A stretch of 63,547 bases of DNA, filler included, from 9 parts of 9 records of this genome joined end to end with filler, not necessarily neighbours in it, one strand, 5' to 3'. Positions 11,101 through 21,778 are shown, counted from the first letter of the whole stretch. The notes: generated by a model from the sequence alone, not told the origin. A program made the numbers and translations.

Positions 11101-12849
11101 TCAATGGCTAAGCAGAAAGAGCTGAACATAGCGCGGTTCCAAATTGCCGCCTCCCACGGGCCCGAGTTCGCGTTCGATCTCGCTGAAAAGCGCTTCGAAA
11201 ATAGGTCCCAGCCGGTCTGACAGGTCCGCCGGTGACTGACCCGCTGCCGTGGCGATCCATTGCAGGAATTCACTTTTTTTCGCATCATCAATGAGCCGAC
11301 GGTCCGCCTGATCGTTCCACAGGGTTGTATAAAACGCCTGGAAATCACAAAGGGGCACAGCGATGGTCGTGGTTGTCCGGTCAATCGGCGGCAGGCTCAG
11401 CCATGCCCTCGACCACAGCGTCAGAATCAGATTCTTGTACGTAATAAATCGGGTGTCGGCGATTGATTCCAACGATATGCGCATGTTGCCGAGTACCTGG
11501 TCGAGGGCTATCAACTGCTCGAGGCGTCCACGGGTGAGTCGAATTTCTTCCCCGCTTCGAAAGTCGCGATAATTGGTGTCGTTCATGGCTGGATCATAAT
11601 ACTTGGGGCGATCAATGAGCAGCCCGCCCAACAGGCCCATCCAGGCTTCATCCCAGAAGGTCAACGCCAGTTGTTGGGATTGGAACCAACTCGCTTTACG
11701 CCACCGGACGGCATCCCAGTGCAGTCGCAAGGCCCCGGCAACGCCAATGCGAAAAATATCCGCCAGCAAATTGTGTTGCAGCAGGGCCGAGGCGTTGGCC
11801 GCCTTGTTGGTCGACTCGTTGTTTGTCAACTGTTCGAGCCCGATGTTCAAATACCCACTCATCTTGGCGACCACCGTTTGGAGTTGATGGCGTTTGAGAA
11901 TGACCTCCTGGTCGGCTGAAATCACCTGGTTGCAAAGACCGGCCAGTTCCGCCTGAAGTTGTTCGATCACATGTGGTTCATGAATGCCCTTAAGGGCGCG
12001 TATGAAAAGATTGTCTTCGTCCAGAAAGGTGGCGGCCAACTGGGGCGTTGAGATACGAACGTCTTTGTGGGGCGAGGTGCGAACAACCTTCTTCGGCTTG
12101 GTTGCCAAATCGTCGGGATCCAGCGGTTGGTATACGCCCACCGCCGCGTAAAACGGCAAAAACCCTTTCTCGGCCAGTCTCACGTTGCGCAACCGGAATA
12201 GCTCCTCTTCGATTTCGGACGGAATCACGTGGATGGCTTCCATCAGCAGCCCTTGGTAACGGGCATGGTCGAAAAGCGAGAGCCGGTCCAGCAGTTGCCT
12301 CAACATGGCATCGCGCCGGGCCTTGAAGTCCTCTTCCTCGGCCGTGGTAGTCGGATAGTCCACCAACCGTATGTAATAGGTGTCGTCATCGGTAAAATAT
12401 CCATCACCAAGATCCGATGGGCTCTCATCCGCTTCCCGCACCCGCAGTTCGATGTTTCTGAACAGGTAAAGCTCCAGTAACTCGAGTTTCTCATCGAAAC
12501 ACCATTTTATCAGGCGATCCGGATCCGCTCGCAACAGCAAGTGCAGCCAGGTGGTGACCGTCGGATAGTCCATTTGGTCACGATTCCACCCCTGGATGTC
12601 AAGCAGGTATTCCCACTGCCGATTGGAGGCCAGGGCGATCAGCGGCAAGGCATCCTCGGGGCCGATGTCATGGATGAGAAAGAAAAGGTCCTCTTCGGGA
12701 AATGAATGCACCAGGGCCGCCGGCTGGGGATGATCAAGGATGGCGGTCCTGGCCTTGTCAGCGGGCAAGGCCAGAATCCTCTGTCTTTCCTCGGCCAGTT
12801 GCCGGATCCGCCGGGCGTGTTTTTTAACGGGTGCGTTGGAATCGGTCAT
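11101..12849 (-). CDS. Conserved deltaproteobacterial protein (DUF6178-like)
   Basis: P.ALVHSFPEEDL..LI.DIG.EDA and E.EE...R.R..RLAE.GF motifs. Confidence 0.7.
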   Translation of the reverse strand: MTDSNAPVKKHARRIRQLAEERQRILALPADKARTAILDHPQPAALVHSFPEEDLFFLIHDIGPEDALPLIALASNRQWEYLLDIQGWNRDQMDYPTVTTWLHLLLRADPDRLIKWCFDEKLELLELYLFRNIELRVREADESPSDLGDGYFTDDDTYYIRLVDYPTTTAEEEDFKARRDAMLRQLLDRLSLFDHARYQGLLMEAIHVIPSEIEEELFRLRNVRLAEKGFLPFYAAVGVYQPLDPDDLATKPKKVVRTSPHKDVRISTPQLAATFLDEDNLFIRALKGIHEPHVIEQLQAELAGLCNQVISADQEVILKRHQLQTVVAKMSGYLNIGLEQLTNNESTNKAANASALLQHNLLADIFRIGVAGALRLHWDAVRWRKASWFQSQQLALTFWDEAWMGLLGGLLIDRPKYYDPAMNDTNYRDFRSGEEIRLTRGRLEQLIALDQVLGNMRISLESIADTRFITYKNLILTLWSRAWLSLPPIDRTTTTIAVPLCDFQAFYTTLWNDQADRRLIDDAKKSEFLQWIATAAGQSPADLSDRLGPIFEALFSEIERELGPVGGGNLEPRYVQLFLLSH

Positions 12850-12951
12850 CGGTTTGGCGCTCCTTCCAGGAAACGATTTGAGTCTACCATAACCTGGAAT
12901 TCAAAAAATACAAGCGTTAGATAGTGTCCGCCCAGAAATAGGCAAATTGGG

Positions 12952-13153
12952 TCATTTGTGGATGGGCAAGAGATTGTCGGGATGGCTTTGGTTGTCGGCT
13001 TTGATGCGGAGCAGTAATAGCAGCCCGGGCAGGGCGATCAGGGTGCAGAGGATGAAAAACAGCGGCCAGCCCATTTGCGTTGCCAGATAGCCGGTGGGGG
13101 CCGAGGCCAGGACCCGTGGGATACCCATCAGGCTGGTCAGCAGGGCGTACTGG
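12952..13153 (-). CDS. ampG: AmpG-family muropeptide MFS transporter, 3' end (not in ORF track)
   Basis: Manual translation QYALLTSLMGIPRVLASAPTGYLATQMGWPLFFILCTLIALPGLLLL. Confidence 0.85.
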
Positions 13154-13253
13154 NNNNNNNNNNNNNNNNNNNNNNNNNNNNNNNNNNNNNNNNNNNNTTA
13201 ATTAATTAANNNNNNNNNNNNNNNNNNNNNNNNNNNNNNNNNNNNNNNNNNNN

Positions 13254-13598
13254 AACATCATTTTCAATGGCATGGTAAAAATTAGCAAGATTGCGGAATG
13301 TTGCCATCTTTGTTAAAATGTAGTCGCGAAGTTTATCAACCGGATCGGTATTACGATTAATAACAATTTCGAGTTCGTGCGAAAGAATTTCTACTTCTTT
13401 CATAATTACTGCCTGAAAAAGATCTTCCTTACTTTTAAAGTAGTAATATAACGAACTTTTACCTTTACGTACGGCATTTGCAATATCGTCGAGAGTAGTT
13501 TTTTTGTACCCGTATTTACTGAAAATTTCGCGGGCAATTTTTAAAATATTTTCGCGATTCGCATCTTTCTTATTGCCGTTTTTGCCAATTTCTTGCAT
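13254..13598 (-). CDS. TetR/AcrR family regulator (3'-truncated)
   Basis: GYKKTTLDDIA...KSSLYYYFKSKEDL helix-turn-helix. Confidence 0.92.
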
Positions 13599-13629
13599 TT
13601 TGGAATAGTTTATTTACAATAAAATACCG

Positions 13630-13637
13630 CAAATATA
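13630..13637 (-). promoter_or_regulatory. Bacteroidota -7 promoter element TAnnTTTG (also 19772-19779 +, 34546-34553 -, 61309-61316 +)
   Basis: TATATTTG, TATGTTTG, TATATTTG and TAGGTTTG, each about 17-40 bp upstream of a start codon. Confidence 0.6.
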
Positions 13638-13744
13638 ACCATTTCTTTTTCTACAAAAATAAAATTTAGAATTTTTAACTCTAACAGACGAGCTGAAAAA
13701 AGTTTCTTCGAAAGGCTTGTCAATAGCTGATTTTGCTTGTGGCA

Positions 13745-15919
13745 TTATTCGAAAGTCTCTTCTTTTGGCGTTTTGGCAAGCCTAAAATCGAGTTGCTTTC
13801 GTTCAAGGTTTGTACGCCATACCTGCACATGAACAGTTTCGCCCAATTGGTAACTTTTGTGCGAATGACGCCCCACTAAAGCGTAATTTTGTTCGTCAAA
13901 AATATAAAAATCATCGTCAAGTTCAGCAATCGGAACCATTCCTTCAATTTTATTTTCCAGTTCAACATAAATTCCCCAGTCGGTTACACCCGAAATTGTT
14001 CCCGGATAAACCTGCCCAATATGGTCTTGCATAAACTCAACCTGCTTATATTTTATCGATGAGCGTTCGGCATTGGCAGCTTTGGCTTCCATGTCGGAAG
14101 AGTGCTTGCAAAGCTCTTCGTATTTTTGTTCGTTGGCCGAGCGTCCACCCGCAAGGTATTTTTCCAGTAAACGGTGTACCATCATATCGGGATACCGCCT
14201 TATGGGCGACGTAAAGTGGCTGTAATAATCGAACGATAATCCGTAGTGACCAATATTTCGGGTTGAATATGCTGCCTTTGCCATGGTGCGAATGGCCAGC
14301 GTTTCAACCACATTTTGTTCGCCTTTGCCTTTCACTGTGTTCAGCAAATTATTTAGCGAGGTTGAAATGGCACGCGGAGTGCTTAACTGAATATTATATC
14401 CAAAACGTTTAATAAAGGTATTAAACGAAGTCAATTTGTCGGGGTCGGGTTTGTCGTGGATGCGGTAAACAAAGGTTTTGGGTGTTTTTTTCTCAGCAAC
14501 CTTCCCAATAAATTCGGCTACTCGTTTATTTGCAAGCAGCATAAATTCTTCTATTAGTTTATTAGCTTCTTTAGCTTCTTTAAAATAAACCGACAATGGT
14601 TTGCCCTTTTCGTCGATATTGAATTTTATTTCAACCCTGTCGAAAGCAATTGAGCCGGAATGGAAACGTTCGTCGCGAAGTTTAATAGCCAGTTCGTTTA
14701 GTTTTAGCATTTCTTCCGAAAGATTACCTTCCCCGGTTTCAATAATTTCCTGCGCTTCCTCGTAGGTAAAACGTCGGTCGGAGTGAATCGCAGTTTTCCC
14801 GAACCATTCTTTTTTAATAACAGCTTCTTCTGTGATTTCAAAAATTGCAGAAAAACAAAGCTTGTCTTCGTTGGGGCGTAACGAGCATACTCCGTTCGAG
14901 AGTCGCTCAGGCAACATTGGTATTACACGGTCTACAAGATACACCGATGTGGCACGATCTTCTGCTTCGCTTTCAATAATTGTATTGGGGCGCACATAAT
15001 GTGTAACATCGGCAATATGAATTCCAACTTCCCAATTTCCATTGCTTAGTTTTTTTAGCGAAAGTGCGTCATCGAAATCTTTTGCATCTACCGGATCGAT
15101 GGTAAATGTGGTTGTTTGACGCATATCGCGGCGTTTCTTAATTTCCTCTTCCGGAATTTCGAGTGGAATTTTTTCAGCAGCCTTATCCACATTTTCAGGG
15201 AATATATGCGGCAAATCGTACTCCGCAAGAATGGCATGCATTTCAGCATCGTTGTCGCCCACATCGCCCAACACTTCGGTTATTTCGCCAAAGGGGCTGC
15301 GCGCATTAGTTGGCCAGTCGTTAATTTTGGCAATGGCTTTCTGCCCGTCTTTGGCGCCGTTCAAATTTTCTTTCGGAATAAAAATATCGAAGCCAACTTT
15401 TCCGGCAGGTGTTAAAAAGGCAAATTTCTTTGAAACCTGAACGATGCCCACAAATACCGATTTGGCACGTTCGACAATTTCAATTACCTCTCCTTCCTGA
15501 TCGTGTTTTTTCCGGCGGGCAAAAACGTTAATCCGAACTTTGTCGCCTTCCATGGCGTGTTTCAGGTTGCGCGATGAAATAACAACAGGGCGCTCCAGTT
15601 CGTCGCTTATAACATAAGCAAAACCTTGTGGCTGCATTTCAACCGTTCCCGTGGCGGTTCCGGTTCTGGCTTTCAGTTTAAATTTGCCGCGGGCAATTTG
15701 GTCGAGGTAACCATCGTCGGCAAGTTCTTGTAAAACAACATTAATAAGTTTCCGTGTTTCGGCATCCTTAATTTCGAGCGAACCCGAAATCTGTCGGTAA
15801 TTAACTGCTTTCCCCGGCTCTTTATAAAGCGATGAAAGGATTACACTTTTAAGTTTCTTTTTATTGAAAGTCGCCGACCGGCCTGTTTTCGACCGGCGTT
15901 TTTTCTTTTTCTTTGCCAT
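13745..15919 (-). CDS. rnr: Ribonuclease R
   Basis: TIDPVDAKDFDDALS, LIEEFMLLAN, HFTSPIRRYPD, C-terminal S1 domain. Confidence 0.96.
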   Translation of the reverse strand: MAKKKKKRRSKTGRSATFNKKKLKSVILSSLYKEPGKAVNYRQISGSLEIKDAETRKLINVVLQELADDGYLDQIARGKFKLKARTGTATGTVEMQPQGFAYVISDELERPVVISSRNLKHAMEGDKVRINVFARRKKHDQEGEVIEIVERAKSVFVGIVQVSKKFAFLTPAGKVGFDIFIPKENLNGAKDGQKAIAKINDWPTNARSPFGEITEVLGDVGDNDAEMHAILAEYDLPHIFPENVDKAAEKIPLEIPEEEIKKRRDMRQTTTFTIDPVDAKDFDDALSLKKLSNGNWEVGIHIADVTHYVRPNTIIESEAEDRATSVYLVDRVIPMLPERLSNGVCSLRPNEDKLCFSAIFEITEEAVIKKEWFGKTAIHSDRRFTYEEAQEIIETGEGNLSEEMLKLNELAIKLRDERFHSGSIAFDRVEIKFNIDEKGKPLSVYFKEAKEANKLIEEFMLLANKRVAEFIGKVAEKKTPKTFVYRIHDKPDPDKLTSFNTFIKRFGYNIQLSTPRAISTSLNNLLNTVKGKGEQNVVETLAIRTMAKAAYSTRNIGHYGLSFDYYSHFTSPIRRYPDMMVHRLLEKYLAGGRSANEQKYEELCKHSSDMEAKAANAERSSIKYKQVEFMQDHIGQVYPGTISGVTDWGIYVELENKIEGMVPIAELDDDFYIFDEQNYALVGRHSHKSYQLGETVHVQVWRTNLERKQLDFRLAKTPKEETFE

Positions 15920-15981
15920 TACCGTTTTGTGAATTTGAAAGCCAAGGTAAAACAATTCTCTTTGAAGCGTTCGTATTATCT

Positions 15982-17184
15982 TCAGATTTTGTGAACAGCC
16001 TGATGCTTAATTCTTTTTCTGAAAAATTCATACTTCCTTCTTACATGGCATTTAGAACCGCAAGTTCCGTTTGGGCCATACGATTTCCAGTTGCAGGCCT
16101 GGCAGGGATTTATGAAGAAGTACCGGAGTTTTTTTGTTACACCATAAATAATTATTGTTGCCAGAATTACTCCAAAAGGCCAGTGCCACTGCGGAATTAT
16201 ATAAGTTGAAGGTCCGCCAACACTATCGCCAAAAATAAGTGGCACGCAACATTGTTGCACTACCAATTCGCCCTGCACACGATAAGCATGATATTGATAA
16301 TCGGGGAAAATAAACTGGTCGGTAATTAGTCCTGCAACAAGTGCAATAATAATTAAAGAAATAGCATAAAATGTTGCCGGCCGTGCTCCCATCGATTTTC
16401 GTATGGCATTTAGTTCGCCCAGGTTTGTGGCGGGGCCGGCAATCATGTAGGCAATTGCTGCTCCCGGAGTTGCTCCAAGCAATAACAATCCCTGAACAAC
16501 AACTATTGAAGGAATACTGCACGCATAAACCGGAATTCCCAAAAGGATGACATAAATAAGTGTGGTTAAGTCCTGCTGTCCCAGCCAGGTTGAAATCCAT
16601 TCGAGCGGAAGAAAAGCCAGAAGAACTGAGGCTATTCCCAGGCCAATAAGAATATCAACACTAACATCGGCTCCTAAATCGAAAAACGACCATTTTAGTG
16701 TTTTTGTAATTTTAGATTTTGGCTCTTGTTTCGGAGCAGAACGTTTGAAATTTGGAGTTTGATTATTCGTCGAATCTGATTCTTGCGGACGTTTTAAAAT
16801 CCGGTTTCCAACTGTACCTAAAATTATTGAACCAATAACAGCAGTTACAACTAAAGCCAGTGTTAGTTTCCATCCCAAAAGTTTCAGCGAAACCATTATT
16901 AAAACCGGAGACAAAATTGGTGTCGATGTCATAAAAGCGAGCATGTTTCCAATGCTTGCACCGCTTCTGAAAAGTCCAATTCCAAGCGGAATGGTTCCGC
17001 ACGAACAAAGTGGTAAAACGCAGCCCACACTCACCGATTTTAATAGCGATGTGTGCGATTTTTGTCCGAGATGTTGCTGAAGCATTCCCGGAGGCACATA
17101 GTATCGCATTACTCCGGCAATTAAAAAGCCGAGAATTACGTACGGTGCCGATTCTAACATGGTATTAAACAGGATGCTTATCAC
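15982..17184 (-). CDS. ArsP/DUF318-family permease with Cys-rich C-terminal extension
   Basis: PLCSCG and PVYAC motifs in duplicated TM halves; tail has QQCC and CQAC...CGSKCH. Confidence 0.85.
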   Translation of the reverse strand: MISILFNTMLESAPYVILGFLIAGVMRYYVPPGMLQQHLGQKSHTSLLKSVSVGCVLPLCSCGTIPLGIGLFRSGASIGNMLAFMTSTPILSPVLIMVSLKLLGWKLTLALVVTAVIGSIILGTVGNRILKRPQESDSTNNQTPNFKRSAPKQEPKSKITKTLKWSFFDLGADVSVDILIGLGIASVLLAFLPLEWISTWLGQQDLTTLIYVILLGIPVYACSIPSIVVVQGLLLLGATPGAAIAYMIAGPATNLGELNAIRKSMGARPATFYAISLIIIALVAGLITDQFIFPDYQYHAYRVQGELVVQQCCVPLIFGDSVGGPSTYIIPQWHWPFGVILATIIIYGVTKKLRYFFINPCQACNWKSYGPNGTCGSKCHVRRKYEFFRKRIKHQAVHKI

Positions 17185-17186
17185 TT

Positions 17187-17741
17187 TTATTCCTCCTCTG
17201 TTTCTAAAAGTTCAACTTCAGCATTATCGAGGAAAAATGCCGATTCGTAAGGTTTTTCGGTGTCAATTCTGAACGTGCCTTTTACTTTTACCATGGCATC
17301 AATCATGTCGGTTCGCGAAACAATCCAGTCTTCAGTTGGAGTAATACGAACAGTCCAGCGCATGGAAACTTCGGGCAGGTGAATACAGGCATTTGCCAAT
17401 CCTAACGTTGGATAAATAAAAAAGGAGTGCACAGCGATTTTATCGTCGAGCGGTTTGCAGCCCGGACTGAAAAATATGGCCACCCCGGTTAATTCCAGCT
17501 GTTTTCCAACTTTTTGCCGAAGATTTTTTGGGATGCTGAATTCGGCAGTTTGACCATCGATAATATTCACACGTACTTTATAAAAGTCTTCCCAGTTTTG
17601 TGCAGCCTCGTCTACCTCCAGGTTATCGAGCGTTGGCATGGCATTCGATGTTTCGTTCCCCGAATTAATTTTACTGAATTCAATAAAATACAATCCACCA
17701 ATAATAATTATCAGAAATATGGCAATTCCCCACTTCTTCAT
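17187..17741 (-). CDS. Membrane-anchored DUF3299-like protein
   Basis: N-terminal TM; F..YP..G...ACIHLP followed by V.V.G.F, as in DUF3299. Confidence 0.6.
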   Translation of the reverse strand: MKKWGIAIFLIIIIGGLYFIEFSKINSGNETSNAMPTLDNLEVDEAAQNWEDFYKVRVNIIDGQTAEFSIPKNLRQKVGKQLELTGVAIFFSPGCKPLDDKIAVHSFFIYPTLGLANACIHLPEVSMRWTVRITPTEDWIVSRTDMIDAMVKVKGTFRIDTEKPYESAFFLDNAEVELLETEEE

Positions 17742-17782
17742 TTAAACTGTTTAAATTGAATGCAATTATTTTTAAAATTAAT

Positions 17783-17880
17783 TTCACGCAGAGAGCGCAA
17801 AGAGTTTCGCAAAGAATACAAAAGATATAATTGATTTTTAAATTTTGCGTTCTTTGCGTTTCTCCTTCTCTTTGCGTGAA
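17783..17880. repeat. Imperfect palindromic intergenic element (CGCAAAG-type)
   Basis: Terminal inverted repeats TTCACGCA/TGCGTGAA, internal CGCAAAG and CTTTGCG units, AT-rich loop. Confidence 0.7.
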
Positions 17881-17910
17881 CGTGTGTTTTTAAATAAATC
17901 TTGTCGCTAA

Positions 17911-19593
17911 TTACTTTACCGGATCCAGCTTCCACACAGGGTAACCATCTTTTGTTCCTGCCTGGCGAATGGTGCGTGGCCAGCCTGGCATTTGTTTGGC
18001 TCCGGCTTTTGTAACATCGGTTTGGCGATCCCAGCTTTCAAAGGTTACGCTTTTTTCTTTCTGGTTAAATCGAACCAATCCGAAACCTCCGCGAGTATAT
18101 TCCTCCGACGGATTAGCATAAGCAATCATCCTGATTTTATTTCCCATTCCATCCAGATAATCTCCGTTGAATTTAAGCGGATTTTCAGGTTCAGGATTTG
18201 CTCCCGGCTTTTCATCTTCGGGCCACCACCAACGTTTGTAGTAATTGTTTATAATCGCCGGAGCAACGAATGCAAAAGGTCCATCGCCAAATTTGTCGAT
18301 ACCATGATGTACAATAGTTGGTAGATGCTGGTCGCCGGCCAAATGAACTGCACCGGCTGCGCGAATTGCACGCAAGGCTTTTTTGCGTCCTGTTTGTGGC
18401 CATCCATTACTATCTAAATCAGCATGTAGCAGGTTGTTAAAATTACCATGACGGTGTGCGCCGCCGCAAAATCCTGTTTGCGAAAGAACTGCCTTTAACG
18501 TTATTCCATCGCATTGTTTTCCCCAGTCTTCCAAGAATGTTAACTGACGGTCGCCTAGCAATTTCAAACCGGGTAAATCAATGCTGGTCGGGTCATATTC
18601 CGTATTGCGAATATGGTCGGGGCGCGGGCCTTGCTGTGGAATTTTTCCTGAAGGGCCGCTTTTAAACTTCCTGTCTTCAACAATGGCAAAATCAACGCCT
18701 CCAATAGTTAACCGAGTATAATACACACCAATTCCCTGCTCAATAGGAGTTGGATCGTACGGATCGGGAAGGTGTGATGTTTGGCAGCGTTCCACCATTT
18801 TTACATATTCGTCGTGGTAGAAATATCCCCCGTCGTGTCCGGCTGAGGTTAACGACTTTTTACCATTTTCACCCCAAAGATTTCCTTGTCCAATATCGTG
18901 GTCGTCGGGAATACAAATACACGGCCTGTCGCGGAAAACATCGCGAAATTGGAGGCCAAAAAGCAACCAGGCGGCAGTGTGTTCTTTGTGGTCGTAACTT
19001 TGGTCGCCGGCAAAAAACAGCAAATCGGGATTTAAATACCTGAGGTTGTGCACATATTCTTCTCGCAGACCCCGGGTATGGTTCGAGTTGCAGTTAAGAG
19101 AACCTACCACAATTTCGTTTTTATTTTTCGGGTCTTTTCTGATTAATCCTTCAAAACTGGCTTCTTTACCTTGCCGCAATCGATATTCCACATCTTTCGA
19201 GTTGTCCCAGTTTTCTAATCTGAAAAGTGCAGACCAGCCAATGTCGTTCACTTTTTCGGTGGCAATTTTTTTCCATTTCCCTTTTTGTTTTATTTCGAGA
19301 GTTACTTCGCGGCTTTCTTTTGGGTAAAGCGGAAATAGCTGAGCCGTCATTTTCATTACACCATTCTGAACAGTGTACATTCCAAAACAAATTACTTCGT
19401 TGCGAGGTACGTCAACATCGACAATTCGCTTTGGATTGTCTTTCATTTTGGCAGCATGTTCCCACCAATTGTTTGTACAATAAACATCGAGTTTTTCGAA
19501 AGGAGCTTTTACAGGAGCTTCGCCATATTGCGCAAAAACTGTTAATGAAAACAGAACAGTCCAAACGGCACATAACAACTTTTTGAAGTTCAT
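17911..19593 (-). CDS. Secreted PhoD-like metallophosphoesterase
   Basis: Signal peptide; GDQSYD, PDDHD, AGDQH metal-binding motifs. Confidence 0.8.
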   Translation of the reverse strand: MNFKKLLCAVWTVLFSLTVFAQYGEAPVKAPFEKLDVYCTNNWWEHAAKMKDNPKRIVDVDVPRNEVICFGMYTVQNGVMKMTAQLFPLYPKESREVTLEIKQKGKWKKIATEKVNDIGWSALFRLENWDNSKDVEYRLRQGKEASFEGLIRKDPKNKNEIVVGSLNCNSNHTRGLREEYVHNLRYLNPDLLFFAGDQSYDHKEHTAAWLLFGLQFRDVFRDRPCICIPDDHDIGQGNLWGENGKKSLTSAGHDGGYFYHDEYVKMVERCQTSHLPDPYDPTPIEQGIGVYYTRLTIGGVDFAIVEDRKFKSGPSGKIPQQGPRPDHIRNTEYDPTSIDLPGLKLLGDRQLTFLEDWGKQCDGITLKAVLSQTGFCGGAHRHGNFNNLLHADLDSNGWPQTGRKKALRAIRAAGAVHLAGDQHLPTIVHHGIDKFGDGPFAFVAPAIINNYYKRWWWPEDEKPGANPEPENPLKFNGDYLDGMGNKIRMIAYANPSEEYTRGGFGLVRFNQKEKSVTFESWDRQTDVTKAGAKQMPGWPRTIRQAGTKDGYPVWKLDPVK

Positions 19594-19796
19594 AATTGTT
19601 TTATTTTAGTTGATTTATTTTAGGTACTAATCACAAAAGTATAATAAAACTGAAATATATCTTGGGTTAATTGTTCATTCAACATGGGTAAATCAATCAA
19701 ATTTTAACAATGCTTTGCACCTTGTCATATTTATTTAACAACACATAATACTTAGTGTTGGCAGGAATTTGTATGTTTGTAAACCAATTTTGAAGC

Positions 19797-21731
19797 ATGA
19801 ATTTAAAGGGTAAATTACCATTGGTTTTTGTGGCCGGTTTCGCCTGGCTTGTTATTATATCGTCGTGTGCAAATGTAGGTATGCCAACAGGTGGGCCACG
19901 AGATTCTGTGCCCCCGATATTGTTGAGTACCAGTCCCGACTATCGCGAATTGAACTACGACGGGAAAGATGTGCGTTTTACGTTTAACGAGTATATTCAA
20001 ACTGATCAAATATCAGAAGAATTAGTTATTTCGCCGCCGTTGAAAAAACGATCAATAATCCGCACAAAATCGAAAACGTTAATTATACTGTTTAACGAGG
20101 AATTAAAAGACAGCACAACTTACTCGCTTGATTTTAAAAACTCGGTGGCCGATAACAATGAAAAAAATTCGTTAGAGGATTTGCGTTTTTCGTTTAGCAC
20201 AGGACCGGTGTTTGACTCGCTGCGTGTTGCAGGAACTTTGGCAAATGCTTTCAATCTTGAGCCTATTGAAAAAGGGCTGATTATTTTACAGGAAAACCTG
20301 CACGACTCGGCAGTATATAAAGTGAGACCAAGTTATATTGCCAAAACAGATGTAGACGGTTTGTTTATGTTCGATAATATTACGCCGGGGAGCTACAATT
20401 TGTTTGCAATAAACGATTTAAACGGCGATTTGATGTACAACGAGGGGGCCGAGGAAATTGCTTTTGTAGACACACTGGTTGTGCCTCATGCCGAATTTCA
20501 CGAGGAATTAGATACACTGGTGAGCGGAGTTGATTCAATGTTGTTTTTGGGTCATACCCATTTTCACCCGGATCCTTTTTATATGCGATATTTTATGGAA
20601 GATATTTTCGAGCAATATCTCGAGTCTTCCGACAGAGAAAACCGTTATAAATGTTTATTCTTATTTAATGAATCGGTTGAAGATACGTTTGATGTAAAAC
20701 TGTTGGGGCACGAAGTAGAAGACTGGAAAAGCTTGGAGTACAATGAAAATGTTGATTCGCTGGTGCTTTGGATTAACGACACAACAATAGCCCGTTACGA
20801 CACCTTAAACATGGAGTTGTCTTATATTCAGTTAGATTCTGCCGGACAAAAATATGTACAAAAAGATACTTTAATGATGAAATTCTCGGATCCGAAAAAG
20901 GATACCAAGAAAAAACGAAAGAAAAAGAACGAGGAAGAGAAGCCAGAACCAATTCCACAATTTAACTGGATTAATAATATGTCTTCGACCATGGAACTGA
21001 ATGGAGTTATTCGTTTAACGGCTCCCGAACCGGTTGCTTTCTTCGACAGTACAAAGGTATTATTGTACCTTACAGAAGATACACTGGAGACTCCTATCGA
21101 TTTTAAATTCAGGAAAGAAGAGGCTTGGCGAACTTACAGTATTTCGTACAATTGGGAATCGGAAGCAGATTATACATTAAAAATTGACTCGGCTGCATGT
21201 TTTAATATTTACGGCATCTCAAGCAGAGAATTATCGAAAAGTTTTGAAATCCGCGAAGAAGATTATTACGGTACCCTTACCTTCGATTTTAAAAATGTTG
21301 AAGAACCAATGATTGCTCAAATCCTAAAAAATAACGACGACGAGGATGTGCTGAGAGAGAAACTGTTTGAAACCGATGGTGAAGTTACTTTTGATTTATT
21401 GCCACCCGATAAATACAAGGTTAAAATAATTTACGATAAAAATGGTAACGGAGAGTGGGATACAGGAGATTCTCAGGATAAGGTACAGGCCGAGCGCGTA
21501 CGTTATATTAACGAGGTAATAAAATTACGTTCGAACTGGAGCGAGACAAAAATTTGGGATGTTACACCAAATTTAAAGTTTCATAAACATATTATTGACC
21601 AGGAATTAGAAGAGCAGAAACGCAAAGAGGCAGAAGAAAAAGCGAAGAAGGAACGCGAGAATGAACAAGAAAACAGCATGTTCAAACAAGGTAGCAGTTC
21701 TTCGGGAAGCGGAATTAAGCGGATGCAGTAA
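19797..21731 (+). CDS. Ig-like (Big_5) domain lipoprotein typical of Bacteroidota
   Basis: Lipobox SSC followed by ANVGMPTGGPRD..PP; FNEY; D.NGNG.WDTG. Confidence 0.8.
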   Translation: MNLKGKLPLVFVAGFAWLVIISSCANVGMPTGGPRDSVPPILLSTSPDYRELNYDGKDVRFTFNEYIQTDQISEELVISPPLKKRSIIRTKSKTLIILFNEELKDSTTYSLDFKNSVADNNEKNSLEDLRFSFSTGPVFDSLRVAGTLANAFNLEPIEKGLIILQENLHDSAVYKVRPSYIAKTDVDGLFMFDNITPGSYNLFAINDLNGDLMYNEGAEEIAFVDTLVVPHAEFHEELDTLVSGVDSMLFLGHTHFHPDPFYMRYFMEDIFEQYLESSDRENRYKCLFLFNESVEDTFDVKLLGHEVEDWKSLEYNENVDSLVLWINDTTIARYDTLNMELSYIQLDSAGQKYVQKDTLMMKFSDPKKDTKKKRKKKNEEEKPEPIPQFNWINNMSSTMELNGVIRLTAPEPVAFFDSTKVLLYLTEDTLETPIDFKFRKEEAWRTYSISYNWESEADYTLKIDSAACFNIYGISSRELSKSFEIREEDYYGTLTFDFKNVEEPMIAQILKNNDDEDVLREKLFETDGEVTFDLLPPDKYKVKIIYDKNGNGEWDTGDSQDKVQAERVRYINEVIKLRSNWSETKIWDVTPNLKFHKHIIDQELEEQKRKEAEEKAKKERENEQENSMFKQGSSSSGSGIKRMQ

Positions 21732-21778
21732 TTCCCGTAAATTTTTCTACCTTTAAATAACTATATCAAACAAATATT

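Noticed and set aside
15982-15984. Terminal TGA of the Cys-rich permease as selenocysteine
   Set aside because: Followed after one codon by TAA, not at a Cys-motif position, and no evident SECIS
17738-17935. 65-aa ORF (NAKNAK, LRSLRE)
   Set aside because: Translation of the palindromic repeat element
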